A program made the position numbers and the translations under genes. DNA of 64,000 bases from Gammaproteobacteria bacterium (GTDB taxonomy: Bacteria > Pseudomonadota > Gammaproteobacteria > Steroidobacterales > PWYM01). Under the pieces are notes generated by a model, which was not told the DNA's origin, made no database searches, and worked only from the letters and a program-made list of their open reading frames with translations. Where the stretch lies: assembly GCA_020832005.1 (NCBI GenBank), contig JAFIFN010000001.1:9775-73774 (forward strand). The letters run 5' to 3'. Position 1 is the stretch's first letter, and the number at the start of each line of letters is the position of its first letter. Positions 26,452 to 36,267 of the stretch are shown piece after piece.

Positions 26452-27506
26452 CTCTCATCTCCCGCGGCCGCGCGCACATGCGCAACCTGTGCTGATGGTG
26501 GGTTGTCGGCCGCGGGCGTGTGAACTTGATCACGCGGTGAGCTCGCCGTGTTGGCCGCGCTGCTCGATGTCTCGCGCGAGCGCACCGGCACCCCCGGCAG
26601 TCCCCGCTCGACGATCGACATGATCTTGGCGGCATACTCGGGATCCGTGGCCCAACCGCCCTTCTGCAGGCCGCGGGCATAGTCAGCACTGGTGCTGGCC
26701 TCCCGCGCCGGTGCATAACGTGGCCGGTTCTCGATGATCTGTACGTAATCGTCGAAGCTCTCGGCGATGCTGGCGTAGACGCGAAACGGCTCACGGCGAC
26801 GCTCGGGCACGCCATTAATGAACTCCAGCGTCGAGACGCTGGCCTGCCTGCCCTGCCACCCGCCTGTCGCCTTGATGCCGAAGAGATTGTGTGAGGGGCG
26901 GCCGGTCGCATCGGTGATCATGTGCTGACCCCAGCCGGTCTCAAGCGCGGCCTGCGCGACCAGCACATCCGGCGGCACGCCAAGCCGTTGCGCCGCCCGA
27001 CGCGCGTGCGGCCACAGGGCAGAAACGAAAGCCTCCGGCGTCTCGGGCGCAAAGCGCTGAGCGGTCGTACGGGCGAGCGGATTTACGCTTGGGCCTGCTT
27101 CGGGCTGTCGATAGCTTGCCGCCTCGGGGAGCGCCGAGGCGTGATCGCCGCGCAGGCGCACCGGTCCCATCGGCGATACTGGCCGTGCGGTCTGGCCATC
27201 ATCGCCCCCGAGCTGGCGCAGAATCGAGTCGGCCAGGCCGATACCACGGCCCCGCGACAGCGTCAGCGACATCTGCTGGTCGAGCATATCCTCGTGAAAG
27301 CGCATACGCTCGCGATCCACCAGGCCGCCATCGATGACCGAGGAAGCATCACGCATCTGCTTGAGCATCTGGTTGAGAAACAGCGCCTCGAACTGCTGCG
27401 CCACGGCACGGCGCGCCTCGGGCGTATCATTGGCGGCCTCGCGACGCAGCGAGGCCATGCCCTGCAGGTCGGTAAAGGTGAAGGCCGCGTCGATACCAGC
27501 GCTCAT
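26448..27506 (-). CDS. flgJ: Flagellar rod assembly protein / peptidoglycan hydrolase FlgJ
   Basis: 352 aa. N-terminal rod-binding domain (AVAQQFEALFLNQMLKQMRDA) and a C-terminal glucosaminidase domain (AQAALETGWGQ...NLFGIKA...). Ends in a ~60-aa Ser/Pro/Ala-rich tail. Confidence 0.92.
   Translation of the reverse strand: MSAGIDAAFTFTDLQGMASLRREAANDTPEARRAVAQQFEALFLNQMLKQMRDASSVIDGGLVDRERMRFHEDMLDQQMSLTLSRGRGIGLADSILRQLGGDDGQTARPVSPMGPVRLRGDHASALPEAASYRQPEAGPSVNPLARTTAQRFAPETPEAFVSALWPHARRAAQRLGVPPDVLVAQAALETGWGQHMITDATGRPSHNLFGIKATGGWQGRQASVSTLEFINGVPERRREPFRVYASIAESFDDYVQIIENRPRYAPAREASTSADYARGLQKGGWATDPEYAAKIMSIVERGLPGVPVRSRETSSSAANTASSPRDQVHTPAADNPPSAQVAHVRAAAGDER
26503..26529 (-). promoter_or_regulatory. 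sigma28 promoter of the flgK-flgL-sulfotransferase operon: TCAAGTT-N12-GCCGACAA
   Basis: Reverse complement of ttgtcggc-N15-ttga, inside the flgJ 3' end ~52 nt upstream of the flgK ATG. One mismatch in the -10. Confidence 0.7.
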
Positions 27507-27512
27507 GGGCGT

Positions 27513-28667
27513 TCAGATCACGATCAGCTCGGCGCGCAGCGCGCCGGCCTGATGCAGCGCCTCAAGGATCGCGACCAGGTCGCCGGGGGCTGCGCCGACA
27601 TCATTCACCGCGCGTACGATCTCGTCGAGGTTGGTGCCGGGCCCGAAGGGGAACATCCGCGAGCCGCCCTCGCTGACCTCTATGTCGGTTCTTGGCGTCA
27701 CGACCGTCTGGCCACGCCCGAATGGCTCGGGCTGCGAGACATCGAAGTTCTCCGTGATGGTCACGGTCAGACTGCCATGGGACACCGCTGCCGGCAGCAC
27801 GCGCACGCCGCCGCCCATGACGATCGTGCCGGTTCGCGCGTTGACGATGACCCGTGCCGGCGGCTCGCCGGGGGTCACCGTGAGATTCTCGAGCACGGAG
27901 ACGAAGGCCACGCGCTGCGAGGGATCCATTGGCGCGCGCACGCGCACGGAGGTGGCGTCCATCGGCATGGCCAGCACATCACCGAGCGAGTCATTGATCG
28001 CATCGGCCAGGCGCCGCGCCGTCGTGAAATCCGCTCGATTGAGATTCAGCACCAGGCTGTCGCCATGATTGAAGCTGCTGGCCACTTCACGTTCGACCGA
28101 GGCACCCCCGGGAATACGACCGACGCTGGGCACGTTGACGGTGACCCGCGAGCCATCACGCCCGCCCGCACCGAATCCACCCACCACCAGATTGCCCTGT
28201 GCCATCGCATAGACCTGGCCGTCGGCACCCAGCAGCGGCGTCATCAACAGGCTGCCTCCGCGCAGGCTGCTTGCATTGCCGATGGACGAGGCCGTGATAT
28301 CGATGGTCTGACCCGGCTTTGCAAACGGCGGCAGCTCGGCATGCACCATCACCGCCGCCACGTTCTTCACCTGCAAATTCGTACCCGGTGGAATCGTCAC
28401 GCCCAGCTGGCCGAGCATGTTGCGCAGGCTCTGCGAGGTGAACGGCGCCTGCGTGGTCTGATCGCCGGTGCCGTCGAGACCCACCACCAGCCCATAGCCG
28501 ACCAGCTGGTTGGAACGCACGCCCGCCACGCTGGCGAGGTCTTTCACGCGTTCGACAGCATGGCCGGTAGCGGGTGCGCCCACCGCTGCGAACGCTGTCG
28601 CCAGAGTGCACAGCAGCCATACCGGCACCGCGCGGCGAATGCGTGAAACTGATTTTGTTGCGATCAT
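27513..28667 (-). CDS. flgI: Flagellar P-ring protein FlgI
   Basis: Signal peptide followed by [33 protein letters not shown] 28667 is preferred over the GTG 28682 of the ORF track. Confidence 0.95.
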   Translation of the reverse strand: MIATKSVSRIRRAVPVWLLCTLATAFAAVGAPATGHAVERVKDLASVAGVRSNQLVGYGLVVGLDGTGDQTTQAPFTSQSLRNMLGQLGVTIPPGTNLQVKNVAAVMVHAELPPFAKPGQTIDITASSIGNASSLRGGSLLMTPLLGADGQVYAMAQGNLVVGGFGAGGRDGSRVTVNVPSVGRIPGGASVEREVASSFNHGDSLVLNLNRADFTTARRLADAINDSLGDVLAMPMDATSVRVRAPMDPSQRVAFVSVLENLTVTPGEPPARVIVNARTGTIVMGGGVRVLPAAVSHGSLTVTITENFDVSQPEPFGRGQTVVTPRTDIEVSEGGSRMFPFGPGTNLDEIVRAVNDVGAAPGDLVAILEALHQAGALRAELIVI

Positions 28668-28686
28668 CGGGTTACGCTCCACTGGC

Positions 28687-29418
28687 CTAGAAGGGCCAGG
28701 CCGGACTGTTGAAGAAACGTGTCAGCCAGCCCGGCGAGCTGCTGTCGGCGACCGTGCCGGTACCACCATAGGCCAGCTGGGCGTCGGCCACCTGAGTGGA
28801 GAACACGCTGTTGTCGGCACGGATATCCACGGGGCGTACGATGCCGCGCAGACGGATGTACTCCTGCCCCTGATTGATGCGCATCCACTTCTCACCCTGG
28901 ACCCGCAGGTTGCCATTGGGCAGCACCTCGGCCACGGTCACCGTGATCGAGCCTTCCAGCAGATTGCTCTGTGCCGCATCGCCCTGGCCATCGAACGAGC
29001 GCGAACCCCCGATCTCGGTGTCCAGCAGCGGTACACCGTCGCGCGTCACCGGCCGCCCGGCGATGGTCGGATTGAGCAGTCGCACACTGCTTTCCTTTGC
29101 CGTGGACGCGCCGGCAGATTTGCGCGCATTGGTCCGCTCGGCGAGCAGCACCGTCAGCACATCGCCCACGCGCCGCGCCTTGTAATCCTGGAACAGGCTC
29201 TGCGAGGAGGCGGCATGAAAGATCGCACCCTGGTTGTCGCGCGGCGAGACCGCCTCGACCGGCGGCGTTGCCGTGAAGCGCTCGTCGCCACCCTTGTAGT
29301 TGACCGGCGCGCCCGCGCAGGCAGCCAGTCCGAGGCTGGCCAGCAGCGGCAACAGGCACCGTCCGCCTGTCTGCAGGCCCACGCGCATCTGGCCGAACCC
29401 CTGATCTGATGTGGTCAT
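28687..29418 (-). CDS. flgH: Flagellar L-ring lipoprotein FlgH
   Basis: Lipobox LASLGLAAC. Conserved [17 protein letters not shown] and [16 protein letters not shown] blocks. Confidence 0.95.
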   Translation of the reverse strand: MTTSDQGFGQMRVGLQTGGRCLLPLLASLGLAACAGAPVNYKGGDERFTATPPVEAVSPRDNQGAIFHAASSQSLFQDYKARRVGDVLTVLLAERTNARKSAGASTAKESSVRLLNPTIAGRPVTRDGVPLLDTEIGGSRSFDGQGDAAQSNLLEGSITVTVAEVLPNGNLRVQGEKWMRINQGQEYIRLRGIVRPVDIRADNSVFSTQVADAQLAYGGTGTVADSSSPGWLTRFFNSPAWPF

Positions 29419-29453
29419 CGTGAAATCACTCCTGGCGGCGACTGCTGCGCGCC

Positions 29454-30245
29454 TCAGCGGCCGAGATTGTTGTTCGCGAACTGCAGCATCTGGTCGGCTG
29501 TCGAGATCGCCTTCGAGTTGATCTCGTAGGCGCGCTGCGTCTCGATCATGTTCACGAGCTCCTCGACGGTATTGACGTTGGAGCTCTCAAGCATGCCCTG
29601 CATCAGGGTGCCCAGACCGGTCAGCCCGGGCGTGCCGACCTGCGGTGCCCCGCTGGCTGCAGTCTCCACCAGCAGGTTGCCGCCGATGGCCTGCAGACCG
29701 GCAGGATTGACGAAGTCCGCAAGCTGGATCGCGCCGATTTCCTCGGGCACCGGGTTGCCCGGCACGGCCGCGGTGATGATGCCGTCCTGGCTGATGCTCA
29801 CCGACAGGGCGTTGTCGGGAACGACGATGCCGGGCTGCAATTCGAAGCCACTGGCCGTGACCACCTGACCGTCGCGGTTGACCTGCAGCGCGCCATCACG
29901 CGAGTAGGCCAGCGAGCCGTCAGGCATGAGGATCTGCAGAAAACCGCGACCCTGTACGGCGACATCGAGCGCATTGTCGGTCTGGATCAGGTTGCCCTGG
30001 GAATAGATTTTTTCGGTTGCCACGGTGCGCACACCGGTGCCGAGCATCAGGCCCGACGGCAACTGCGTGTCCTGCGAGGACTGCGCACCCGGCTGGCGGA
30101 TGTTCTGGTAGACCAGGTCCTCGAACACAGCACGGCCCTTCTTGAAGCCGCTGGTGTTGACGTTGGCCAGATTGTTGGAAATGACCGACATGCGCGTCTG
30201 CTGCGCGTCCAGTCCGGTCTTGGCGATCCACAGTGCCTGATTCAT
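29454..30245 (-). CDS. flgG: Distal rod protein FlgG
   Basis: 263 aa. [32 protein letters not shown] and C-terminal [29 protein letters not shown]. Confidence 0.96.
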   Translation of the reverse strand: MNQALWIAKTGLDAQQTRMSVISNNLANVNTSGFKKGRAVFEDLVYQNIRQPGAQSSQDTQLPSGLMLGTGVRTVATEKIYSQGNLIQTDNALDVAVQGRGFLQILMPDGSLAYSRDGALQVNRDGQVVTASGFELQPGIVVPDNALSVSISQDGIITAAVPGNPVPEEIGAIQLADFVNPAGLQAIGGNLLVETAASGAPQVGTPGLTGLGTLMQGMLESSNVNTVEELVNMIETQRAYEINSKAISTADQMLQFANNNLGR

Positions 30246-30283
30246 GACTCAATCCTCTATTTCGGGCGTAGTGCCGCGACTCA

Positions 30284-31027
30284 TCAGCCCAGACGCATCA
30301 GAGCGCTGGAACTGCGATCGTTCTGCTCGGCGGTATTCATCATCTTGACCTGCAGCTCGAAGCTGCGGGCGTGCTGGATCATCTCGACCATCGCGCCAAT
30401 GACGCTGACATTGCTGCCCTCGAGCATGCCGCCAACCAGGCGGACATCAGCCTCCGGCGGCGGTGCTTCGCCATCGGCCACGCGTATCAGTCCGTCTTCG
30501 CCGCGACGCAGCGTCTGCGGCTCGGGATTGACCAGGCGGATACGCTCCACCACGGCCAGGCCCGCAGCATCCTGGCCCAGGGGTCGGATGCTGATCGTGC
30601 CGTCGCCTGCAATCTCGAGCGCCTCGTACGGCGGCAGGGCGATCGGGCCACCATTGCCCATCACCGGCAGACCTGTCCCCGTGGTCAGCATGCCGAAGGC
30701 ATCGACCCGCAGGTCGCCGGCTCGCGTGTAGGCCTCGCCGCCATCGGGCGCCTGCACGGCGATCCAGCCCTCGCCCTCGACGGCCACATCGAGTTCCCGG
30801 CCGGTGGCCATCAGTGCCCCGGGCGTGAAGTCGATGCCGCGCCCTGCGGTCACCGAGTAGGTGCGCGCACTGGCATGTCCGGGCCCGGCCAGCGGCACCT
30901 CTGCCGCGCCGGCCAGTGTCGAGCGAAAGCCCGTCGTGGAGGCGTTGGCAAGATTCTGGCTGGTCACCGATTGCGCCACCTGTGCCTCGCGGGCACCGGT
31001 CATCGCAACATAGAGCAGTCTGTCCAT
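30284..31027 (-). CDS. flgF: Proximal rod protein FlgF
   Basis: 247 aa. MDRLLYVAMTGA...NLANASTTGFR and C-terminal LEGSNVSVIGAMVEMIQHARSFE. Confidence 0.93.
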   Translation of the reverse strand: MDRLLYVAMTGAREAQVAQSVTSQNLANASTTGFRSTLAGAAEVPLAGPGHASARTYSVTAGRGIDFTPGALMATGRELDVAVEGEGWIAVQAPDGGEAYTRAGDLRVDAFGMLTTGTGLPVMGNGGPIALPPYEALEIAGDGTISIRPLGQDAAGLAVVERIRLVNPEPQTLRRGEDGLIRVADGEAPPPEADVRLVGGMLEGSNVSVIGAMVEMIQHARSFELQVKMMNTAEQNDRSSSALMRLG

Positions 31028-31043
31028 GGCTTAAGCGTTTCCG

Positions 31044-32261
31044 TCAGCGGATATTGATGATGGTCTGGGTGACCGAGTCGGCCGTGCTGATCACCTGGGC
31101 ATTGGCCTGGAAGTTGCGCTGTGCGGTGATCAGGTTGACCAGCTGGGCTGCGATATCGACGTTCGAGGCTTCCAGTCCGCCCGACTGCAGCGTGCCCAGG
31201 TCCCCATTGCCCGCCACCCCGAAGATCGGGTCGCCGGCGCCGAAGGTCTCGACCCAGGCGTTGTCACCTGCCTGCTGCAGACCTTGCGGATTGGAGAAGT
31301 TGGCCACGGCAATCTGACCCAGTGGCGAGCTCTGGCCATTGGTGTAGCGCGCGAACACCACGCCGCTGCCGTCGATATCGATGCCGGTGAGGCGGCCGCT
31401 GGCAAAACCGTCCTGCCGAAGGGCCGCGACGTTGTCGCTTGTGCCGAACTGGGTTGCATTCGACAGATCGAACTCGATATTCATCGCCGCGGCGCCGTTG
31501 GAGGGCGTGAAACCGCCGAAACTCACTGGCGTGGCCGGTGCGACCAGGGCACCGTCAGCTCCGAATTCCAGCGCCTGCGGGCCGCCGACCGCCTGACCAT
31601 CGATCGCCAGGTGCGCATCCCAGTTCAGCGAGCCGGTATTGCGGAAGAACAGCGTCGCCACGTGCGACTGTCCCAGCGAGTCGTAGACCGTCAGCGAAGT
31701 CGAGAATGAGTAGCTGTTCGGATCCGTCGCATCGAAAGTCACCGCCGAGAGATCTTCCGGGTTCGAGCGCAGATTGAATGTGGCCTCGACCTGGCTGGTC
31801 GCGCGCGGTGCGGATTCGGTGGTTGCCAGGCGCAGATCGCCGATGTTGCCGGTATTGAAGGTCCCTGCCAGCGGGTCCTGGACCGGATAGGCCTGCAGGC
31901 GCTTGCCCCCGGTGTTGACGACGAATCCATCGCGATCGACCTGGAAGGATCCGTCGCGCGTGTAGCTGCGGCCGCCGCCATCGGCGAGTACGAAAAAGCC
32001 CTTGCCCGACAGCGCCATGTCCAGATTGCTGCCGGTGAAGTCGATGTTGCCCTGCGAGAACTGTTGCGTCACCGCGGCCAGACGCGTGCCGGTCCCGATG
32101 GCCGTGCGACTCACACCGCCGTAGGCGGTGGCGAAAATGTCGGAGAACTCTGCGCGCGATTGCTTGAATCCGGTGGTCCCGGAGTTCGCGATATTGTTCC
32201 CGGTGACACGCAGATCCGCGGAGGCTGCATTGAGTCCGCTCAGTGCTGTACGAAATGGCAT
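31044..32261 (-). CDS. flgE: Flagellar hook protein FlgE
   Basis: 405 aa. ALSGLNAASADLRVTGNNIANSGTTGFK and C-terminal LEASNVDIAAQLVNLITAQRNFQANAQVI. Confidence 0.95.
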   Translation of the reverse strand: MPFRTALSGLNAASADLRVTGNNIANSGTTGFKQSRAEFSDIFATAYGGVSRTAIGTGTRLAAVTQQFSQGNIDFTGSNLDMALSGKGFFVLADGGGRSYTRDGSFQVDRDGFVVNTGGKRLQAYPVQDPLAGTFNTGNIGDLRLATTESAPRATSQVEATFNLRSNPEDLSAVTFDATDPNSYSFSTSLTVYDSLGQSHVATLFFRNTGSLNWDAHLAIDGQAVGGPQALEFGADGALVAPATPVSFGGFTPSNGAAAMNIEFDLSNATQFGTSDNVAALRQDGFASGRLTGIDIDGSGVVFARYTNGQSSPLGQIAVANFSNPQGLQQAGDNAWVETFGAGDPIFGVAGNGDLGTLQSGGLEASNVDIAAQLVNLITAQRNFQANAQVISTADSVTQTIINIR

Positions 32262-32277
32262 GTGATTACTCCTGCAA

Positions 32278-32952
32278 TCAGTTGGCTATGCCGCGCACGC
32301 GGCTGAAATCGACGACGCCCAGGCCGGTTACGGTCAGGGACAAACTGCCCTGCCGGCCACCCAGCGCCACACTCTCGACGCGTCCGGACACCAGGGCATC
32401 GAGCGCCACGGCGCTGCCTGCCTGGGTGCCGGTGGCACGCAGTTCGTAGAATCCCGGATCGGCCCGCCCGCCGTTGGAGAGTTGACCGTCCCATCTGAAG
32501 GGCACCTGTCCGCCGGCGGCAGAATCCACCGGCAGGGAGGTCACCAGGCGTCCGCTGAGATCGTAGACGCCGAGCGTGACGCCATTGACGCCCTGGGGAA
32601 TATCCACCGCGCCGGCCAGACTGCCCTCGGGCGGCAACCAGCCCTCACGGGCCGGCACCAGCACCTGGCGATCCACCAGACCTGCGGCCTGCAGCGTCTG
32701 GTTGCCGGCAATCGTGCCCGCCAGCGACTCGAAGGACTTGCGCATGTCCTCGATACCCGAAACGGTGCCGAACTGCGCCAGCTGGCCGAGGAACTCGCCG
32801 CTTTCCATCGGTGCGAACGGGTCCTGGTTGCGCAGCTGCGTGATCATCAGCCGCATGAAGTCCTCCTGGCCAAGCCGGTCACGCGGCTTGTCCGAGGGCT
32901 TGGCTGCGAGGCCGAGCTGGCTGAGTGCGTTGCTGTCGATATTATTGGCCAT
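32278..32952 (-). CDS. flgD: Hook capping/assembly protein FlgD
   Basis: 224 aa. LGQEDFMRLMITQLRNQDPFAPM motif and a C-terminal FlgD Ig-like domain. Confidence 0.93.
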   Translation of the reverse strand: MANNIDSNALSQLGLAAKPSDKPRDRLGQEDFMRLMITQLRNQDPFAPMESGEFLGQLAQFGTVSGIEDMRKSFESLAGTIAGNQTLQAAGLVDRQVLVPAREGWLPPEGSLAGAVDIPQGVNGVTLGVYDLSGRLVTSLPVDSAAGGQVPFRWDGQLSNGGRADPGFYELRATGTQAGSAVALDALVSGRVESVALGGRQGSLSLTVTGLGVVDFSRVRGIAN

Positions 32953-33371
32953 CAGCGCTGACCCAGCTGCAGTGTGCGCAGCATCAACTGCTTGACGGTA
33001 TTCATCATCTCGACGTTGTTCTGGTAATTGCGCGAGGCCGACATCATGTTCGCCATCTCCTCGACCATATTGACGGCCGGGAAGAACACGTAGCCTTCCT
33101 CATTGGCGAGGGGATGACCCGGCATGTACTCCATGCGCGGCGGCGACGAACTCTCGGCGATGCCGGTCACCCGCACGCCGGCACCGGCGGCAGGCCCGCC
33201 GCCCTGCTGGGCCATCATCGCCGCGAATACCGGCTGCTTGGCCCGATAGACGCCTTCGGCCGTCGCACTGGCCACCTCTGCGTTGGCCATGTTGCTGGCC
33301 ACCGTGTTGAGACGCACAGACTGGGCGCTGAGCGCCGAGCCGGACATGTCGAATACCTTGAACAGACTCAT
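32952..33371 (-). CDS. flgC: Proximal rod protein FlgC
   Basis: 139 aa. MSLFKVFDMSGSALSAQSVRLNTVASNMANA...NMVEEMANMMSASRNYQNN. Confidence 0.95.
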   Translation of the reverse strand: MSLFKVFDMSGSALSAQSVRLNTVASNMANAEVASATAEGVYRAKQPVFAAMMAQQGGGPAAGAGVRVTGIAESSSPPRMEYMPGHPLANEEGYVFFPAVNMVEEMANMMSASRNYQNNVEMMNTVKQLMLRTLQLGQR

Positions 33372-33403
33372 GTTGTCTTCTCCATCAGGTCCGGGCGTAT
33401 GCC

Positions 33404-33802
33404 CTATTCGCCGCGCAGCGCCTTGCGCAGGCCTTCAACTCTGGCACCCAGGAAATCCAGGCTCGCCTGGTAGCGCACGGCGGCCTCACCAAAGGCCGCC
33501 TGCTCCATCTGCATATCGACGGTGTTGCCATCCAGCGAGGGATGATTGGGCATCCGGTACATCGACTCGGGCGCCGCACCGGTCTGCGCAGCCGAAATGT
33601 GTCCGCGCTGCGTGGCACGCAGTCTGCCGGCATCACCTTCGTTAACAGCCGCCTGCAGCGCACTGCGAAAATCAATGTCACGCGCCTTGAAGCCTGGCGT
33701 ATCGGCGTTGGCCATATTGCCGGCCAGCACTTCCAGACGCCTGGCGCTGACGGCCAGTGCCTGGGGATGTATGCCCAGCGCTGCATCGATCATCTTGTTC
33801 AT
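33404..33802 (-). CDS. flgB: Proximal rod protein FlgB
   Basis: Start at ATG 33802 (MNKMIDAALG; GGGAG RBS), giving 132 aa with LAGNMANADTPGFKARDIDF. The 199-aa ORF-track version would run through its own sigma54 promoter. Confidence 0.93.
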   Translation of the reverse strand: MNKMIDAALGIHPQALAVSARRLEVLAGNMANADTPGFKARDIDFRSALQAAVNEGDAGRLRATQRGHISAAQTGAAPESMYRMPNHPSLDGNTVDMQMEQAAFGEAAVRYQASLDFLGARVEGLRKALRGE

Positions 33803-33838
33803 GCGGCCTGCTCCCGGATGCTCTGTCGCAGGAAGCAA

Positions 33839-33854
33839 TGCAAGCGTCATGCCA
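33839..33854 (-). promoter_or_regulatory. sigma54 -24/-12 promoter of the flgBCDE... operon: TGGCAT-gacgc-TTGCA
   Basis: Reverse complement of tgcaagcgtcatgcca, ~40-50 nt upstream of ATG 33802. Confidence 0.7.
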
Positions 33855-33971
33855 AGAACGGGACTTATTGGGGCGACGAGCGCTTTACACGCGTCGAAAG
33901 GGTGGATGAGCGTTGCAAACGGCAAACGACTGCCGCGCGGTGGCAAGCGATTGCCGCTACAGCAGGGTCCG

Positions 33972-33993
33972 GGCTGCCGGCTTCCGGGCAGCC
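33972..33993 (-). terminator. Stem-loop 6 nt after the cheV stop (possible terminator)
   Basis: Minus-strand RNA GGCUGCCCG-GAAG-CCGGCAGCC: 7 bp, one mismatch, then 1 bp. No U-tract. Confidence 0.4.
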
Positions 33994-33999
33994 GCCAAA

Positions 34000-34932
34000 T
34001 CAATGACGCCGCGAGTTGAGAAGAAACTCGGTGACGGCCCCGGCGAACTCGTCAGGATCGAATTTCGCGAGCAGACGATCAGCGCCTGCCTCGTGACACG
34101 CGCGACTGTTGAAGCGACCGCTCAGCGAGGAATGCATCATCACGAAAAGCTGCGCCAGGCGCGGATCCTTGCGGATCTCACGCACCAGCGTATAGCCGTC
34201 CATCTGCGGCATCTCAATATCGGAGATCACCATCGAGACACGTTCGTCAACGCTGCCAGTATCGGCCCAGTACCTGAGTCGGTCCAGCGCCTGGACCCCA
34301 TCATTGCACAGGATCGCATCCACCCCGATGTCCTGCAGGGCGCGGCTGATCTGATTGCGGGCCACCGCTGAGTCATCGGCGACCAACGCGCATCGTGGAC
34401 GCTCGCCCAGGGTTTTGCGGGCATGGATAGCGATCTGCGTGGACACACCGGCGCCCGGACCGGTCACCAGATTCAGCACCCGTTCGACGTCCAGGATCTG
34501 CACCAGGCGGTTGTCGATAAGCGTGATCGCCGTGACATGAGACTGTTCCGGATCGTCAACGGGAGGCGGATGGACGCTATCCCAGCCGGTATTGACGATA
34601 CGCTCGATGCCGCTGACCAGCAGCCCCTGGATGGAGCGGCTGAACTCGGTGAGCACGATGTAGTCGGCCTGCCGTGCCGGCAATGAGGGCTGGCCGATGG
34701 AGCGGGCGAGGTCGAGCACCGGAACCGTCACACCGCGAATCCGCGCCAGCCCCGCGACCAGCGGATGGGCATTTGGAAAACGGCGTAATGGCGCGGCCTG
34801 GACGACTTCCCGGACCTTGAAGACGTTGATGCCGTAGAGCTGGTCATGGCCGAGACGGAACAATAGCAGCTCAAGCCGGTTCTGGCCCACAAGTCGCGTC
34901 AGGCGGTCAACATTTTCGAGCACCTGGGCCAC
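34000..34932 (-). CDS. cheV: Chemotaxis coupling protein CheV (CheW-like domain + receiver)
   Basis: CheW-like domain (LELLLFRLGHDQLYGINVFKVREV...) followed by REC (ALVADDSAVARN...VISDIEMPQMDGYTL...). I place the start at GTG 34932 (GGAG 5 nt upstream), because a sigma28 promoter at 34977-35003 lies inside the longer ORF listed to 35013. Confidence 0.88.
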   Translation of the reverse strand: MAQVLENVDRLTRLVGQNRLELLLFRLGHDQLYGINVFKVREVVQAAPLRRFPNAHPLVAGLARIRGVTVPVLDLARSIGQPSLPARQADYIVLTEFSRSIQGLLVSGIERIVNTGWDSVHPPPVDDPEQSHVTAITLIDNRLVQILDVERVLNLVTGPGAGVSTQIAIHARKTLGERPRCALVADDSAVARNQISRALQDIGVDAILCNDGVQALDRLRYWADTGSVDERVSMVISDIEMPQMDGYTLVREIRKDPRLAQLFVMMHSSLSGRFNSRACHEAGADRLLAKFDPDEFAGAVTEFLLNSRRH

Positions 34933-34976
34933 TGAGACTCCAAGAAACTGGTGGGGGAACACGCGATGCACGAGGG

Positions 34977-35003
34977 GTATCGACCACTTGCGCATAAACT
35001 TGA
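34977..35003 (-). promoter_or_regulatory. sigma28 promoter of cheV: TCAAGTT-N12-GTCGATAC
   Basis: Reverse complement of gtatcgac-N15-ttga. Confidence 0.75.
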
Positions 35004-35034
35004 TCGCCAACACGGATCACCGGCGCATAAGAAC

Positions 35035-35050
35035 TGGCACATCTATTGCA
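35035..35050 (+). promoter_or_regulatory. sigma54 -24/-12 promoter of flgA: TGGCAC-atcta-TTGCA
   Basis: Perfect consensus read on the plus strand, 56 nt upstream of the flgA ATG. Lies back-to-back with the cheV sigma28 promoter, with 31 bp between them. Confidence 0.8.
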
Positions 35051-35105
35051 TCAGCAAATACAGGAAGACGCGATGCTGCGGCGACTGCCGGAGCGTTGAC
35101 ACATA

Positions 35106-35843
35106 ATGAGGAGAACATCGTTGAGATCACGCACGCTTTGCCTGCACGCCGTCGCGCTGATACTCGTGTTCGCACCGCTCGCCGCGCCGGCTCAAGCGCC
35201 TGAATCTGCTGATCACGCGCAGCTTCGAGCGCTGGCCGAGCGCCATGCCCTGGCGCAGGTCGCAAGCCTGGCGCCTGATTCGGCTCGGCTTCGTGCCGAG
35301 GCAGCCCGCCTCGATCCCCGCCTGCGGCTGCCAGCCTGCGCACAGCCCCCCGAAACCTTCGATCCGCCTGGCCAACGTCCCGGGGCGAACCAGAGCATCG
35401 GCATTCGTTGTCACACAGGCGCGGGCTGGACACTTTACATCCCTGTACGTGTGGAAATGCTCGCCGACGTTGTGGTCCTTGCCGCGGCTGCCGCCCGAGG
35501 TACGGCGCTGACATCCGCCCACGTCCGGCTGGAGAGCCATGATCTGGCCCAGCTCAATGGCGGTTGGTTGACAGACCCGAATGACGCAGTCGGCATGGTG
35601 TTACGCCGGCCGGTACGCCCCGGCACCGTGCTGACCAGCAGTGTGCTGGAGCGGCCCAAGCTGGTCCGCCGGGGCGAACGCGTGCGCGTCGTCTCTTCCG
35701 GCGGCGGCTTCGCCGTGGCCACTGAAGGTGAGGCACTCAACGACGCGGCAGAGGGCGAGCGGGTGCGGGTGCGCAACGTGAATTCTCGCAGCATCATTGA
35801 AGGCCGCATGGCGGCCGACGGACAGGTCGTGACCGCCCGATGA
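35106..35843 (+). CDS. flgA: Flagellar P-ring assembly chaperone FlgA
   Basis: 245 aa. Signal peptide, then a C-terminal SAF/FlgA block VRRGERVRVVSSGGGFAVATEGEALNDAAEGERVRVRNVNSRSIIEGRM. An alternative TTG start at 35120 sits behind AGGAGA. Confidence 0.9.
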   Translation: MRRTSLRSRTLCLHAVALILVFAPLAAPAQAPESADHAQLRALAERHALAQVASLAPDSARLRAEAARLDPRLRLPACAQPPETFDPPGQRPGANQSIGIRCHTGAGWTLYIPVRVEMLADVVVLAAAAARGTALTSAHVRLESHDLAQLNGGWLTDPNDAVGMVLRRPVRPGTVLTSSVLERPKLVRRGERVRVVSSGGGFAVATEGEALNDAAEGERVRVRNVNSRSIIEGRMAADGQVVTAR

Positions 35844-35887
35844 GTACTCGCCTGCGATGAAAGAGACAATTTTTTGACGTTCAGGGC

Positions 35888-35914
35888 TCAAGTTTCGGCA
35901 GTCACGGTCGATAG
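35888..35914 (+). promoter_or_regulatory. sigma28 promoter of flgMN: TCAAGTT-N12-GTCGATAG
   Basis: Read directly on the plus strand, ~60 nt upstream of the flgM ATG. Matches the known class-3 promoter arrangement of flgM. Confidence 0.75.
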
Positions 35915-35973
35915 TCCCTGCACAACCTGGACTCAAGGTCGATCAGACCAGCACACCAACAAGAGAAACGGCG

Positions 35974-36267
35974 ATGCAGATCAAGCACTCGACAATCAGC
36001 GATCCGGCGGCCGGCCAGCGGGCCGGAAGTTCGGCTTCTCCGCGCAACCAGGCAGCTGGGCAAAGCGTTTCGGGCGGTACCAGCGCCGACCAGCTGACGC
36101 TGACGCCGGCGGCCCGCCAGTTGCTTGAGGCGAACCGTGCGGCGCCGGGCGACGGGGTCGACGCCACCCGGGTAGCCCAGATCAAGGCACAGATTGCCGA
36201 TGGCCGCTACCAGGTTGATGCACAACGCGTTGCCGAGCGTATCCTGGCAATGGAGAAGGCGCTCTAG
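35974..36267 (+). CDS. flgM: Anti-sigma-28 factor FlgM
   Basis: 97 aa. C-terminal VAQIKAQIADGRYQVDAQRVAERILAME is the FlgM sigma28-binding helix pattern. Confidence 0.92.
   Translation: MQIKHSTISDPAAGQRAGSSASPRNQAAGQSVSGGTSADQLTLTPAARQLLEANRAAPGDGVDATRVAQIKAQIADGRYQVDAQRVAERILAMEKAL

Noticed and set aside
26093-26911. 272-aa minus-strand ORF, and the similar alternative-frame ORF 47578-48876 (432 aa)
   Set aside because: These are out-of-frame overlaps of flgK/flgJ and of comEC. They are extremely Arg/Pro/Ala/Gly-rich, as expected from a frame-shifted reading of GC-rich coding DNA.
26922-28646. 574-aa plus-strand ORF
   Set aside because: Antisense to flgJ and flgI, both with clear family signatures. 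Its composition is H/R/Q/G-biased.
33941-33955. Plus-strand TGGCAA-gcga-TTGCC in the cheV-flgB gap
   Set aside because: The spacing is one base short of the sigma54 -24/-12 rule, and no plus-strand gene lies downstream. It more likely reflects a small inverted repeat (GGCAA/TTGCC).
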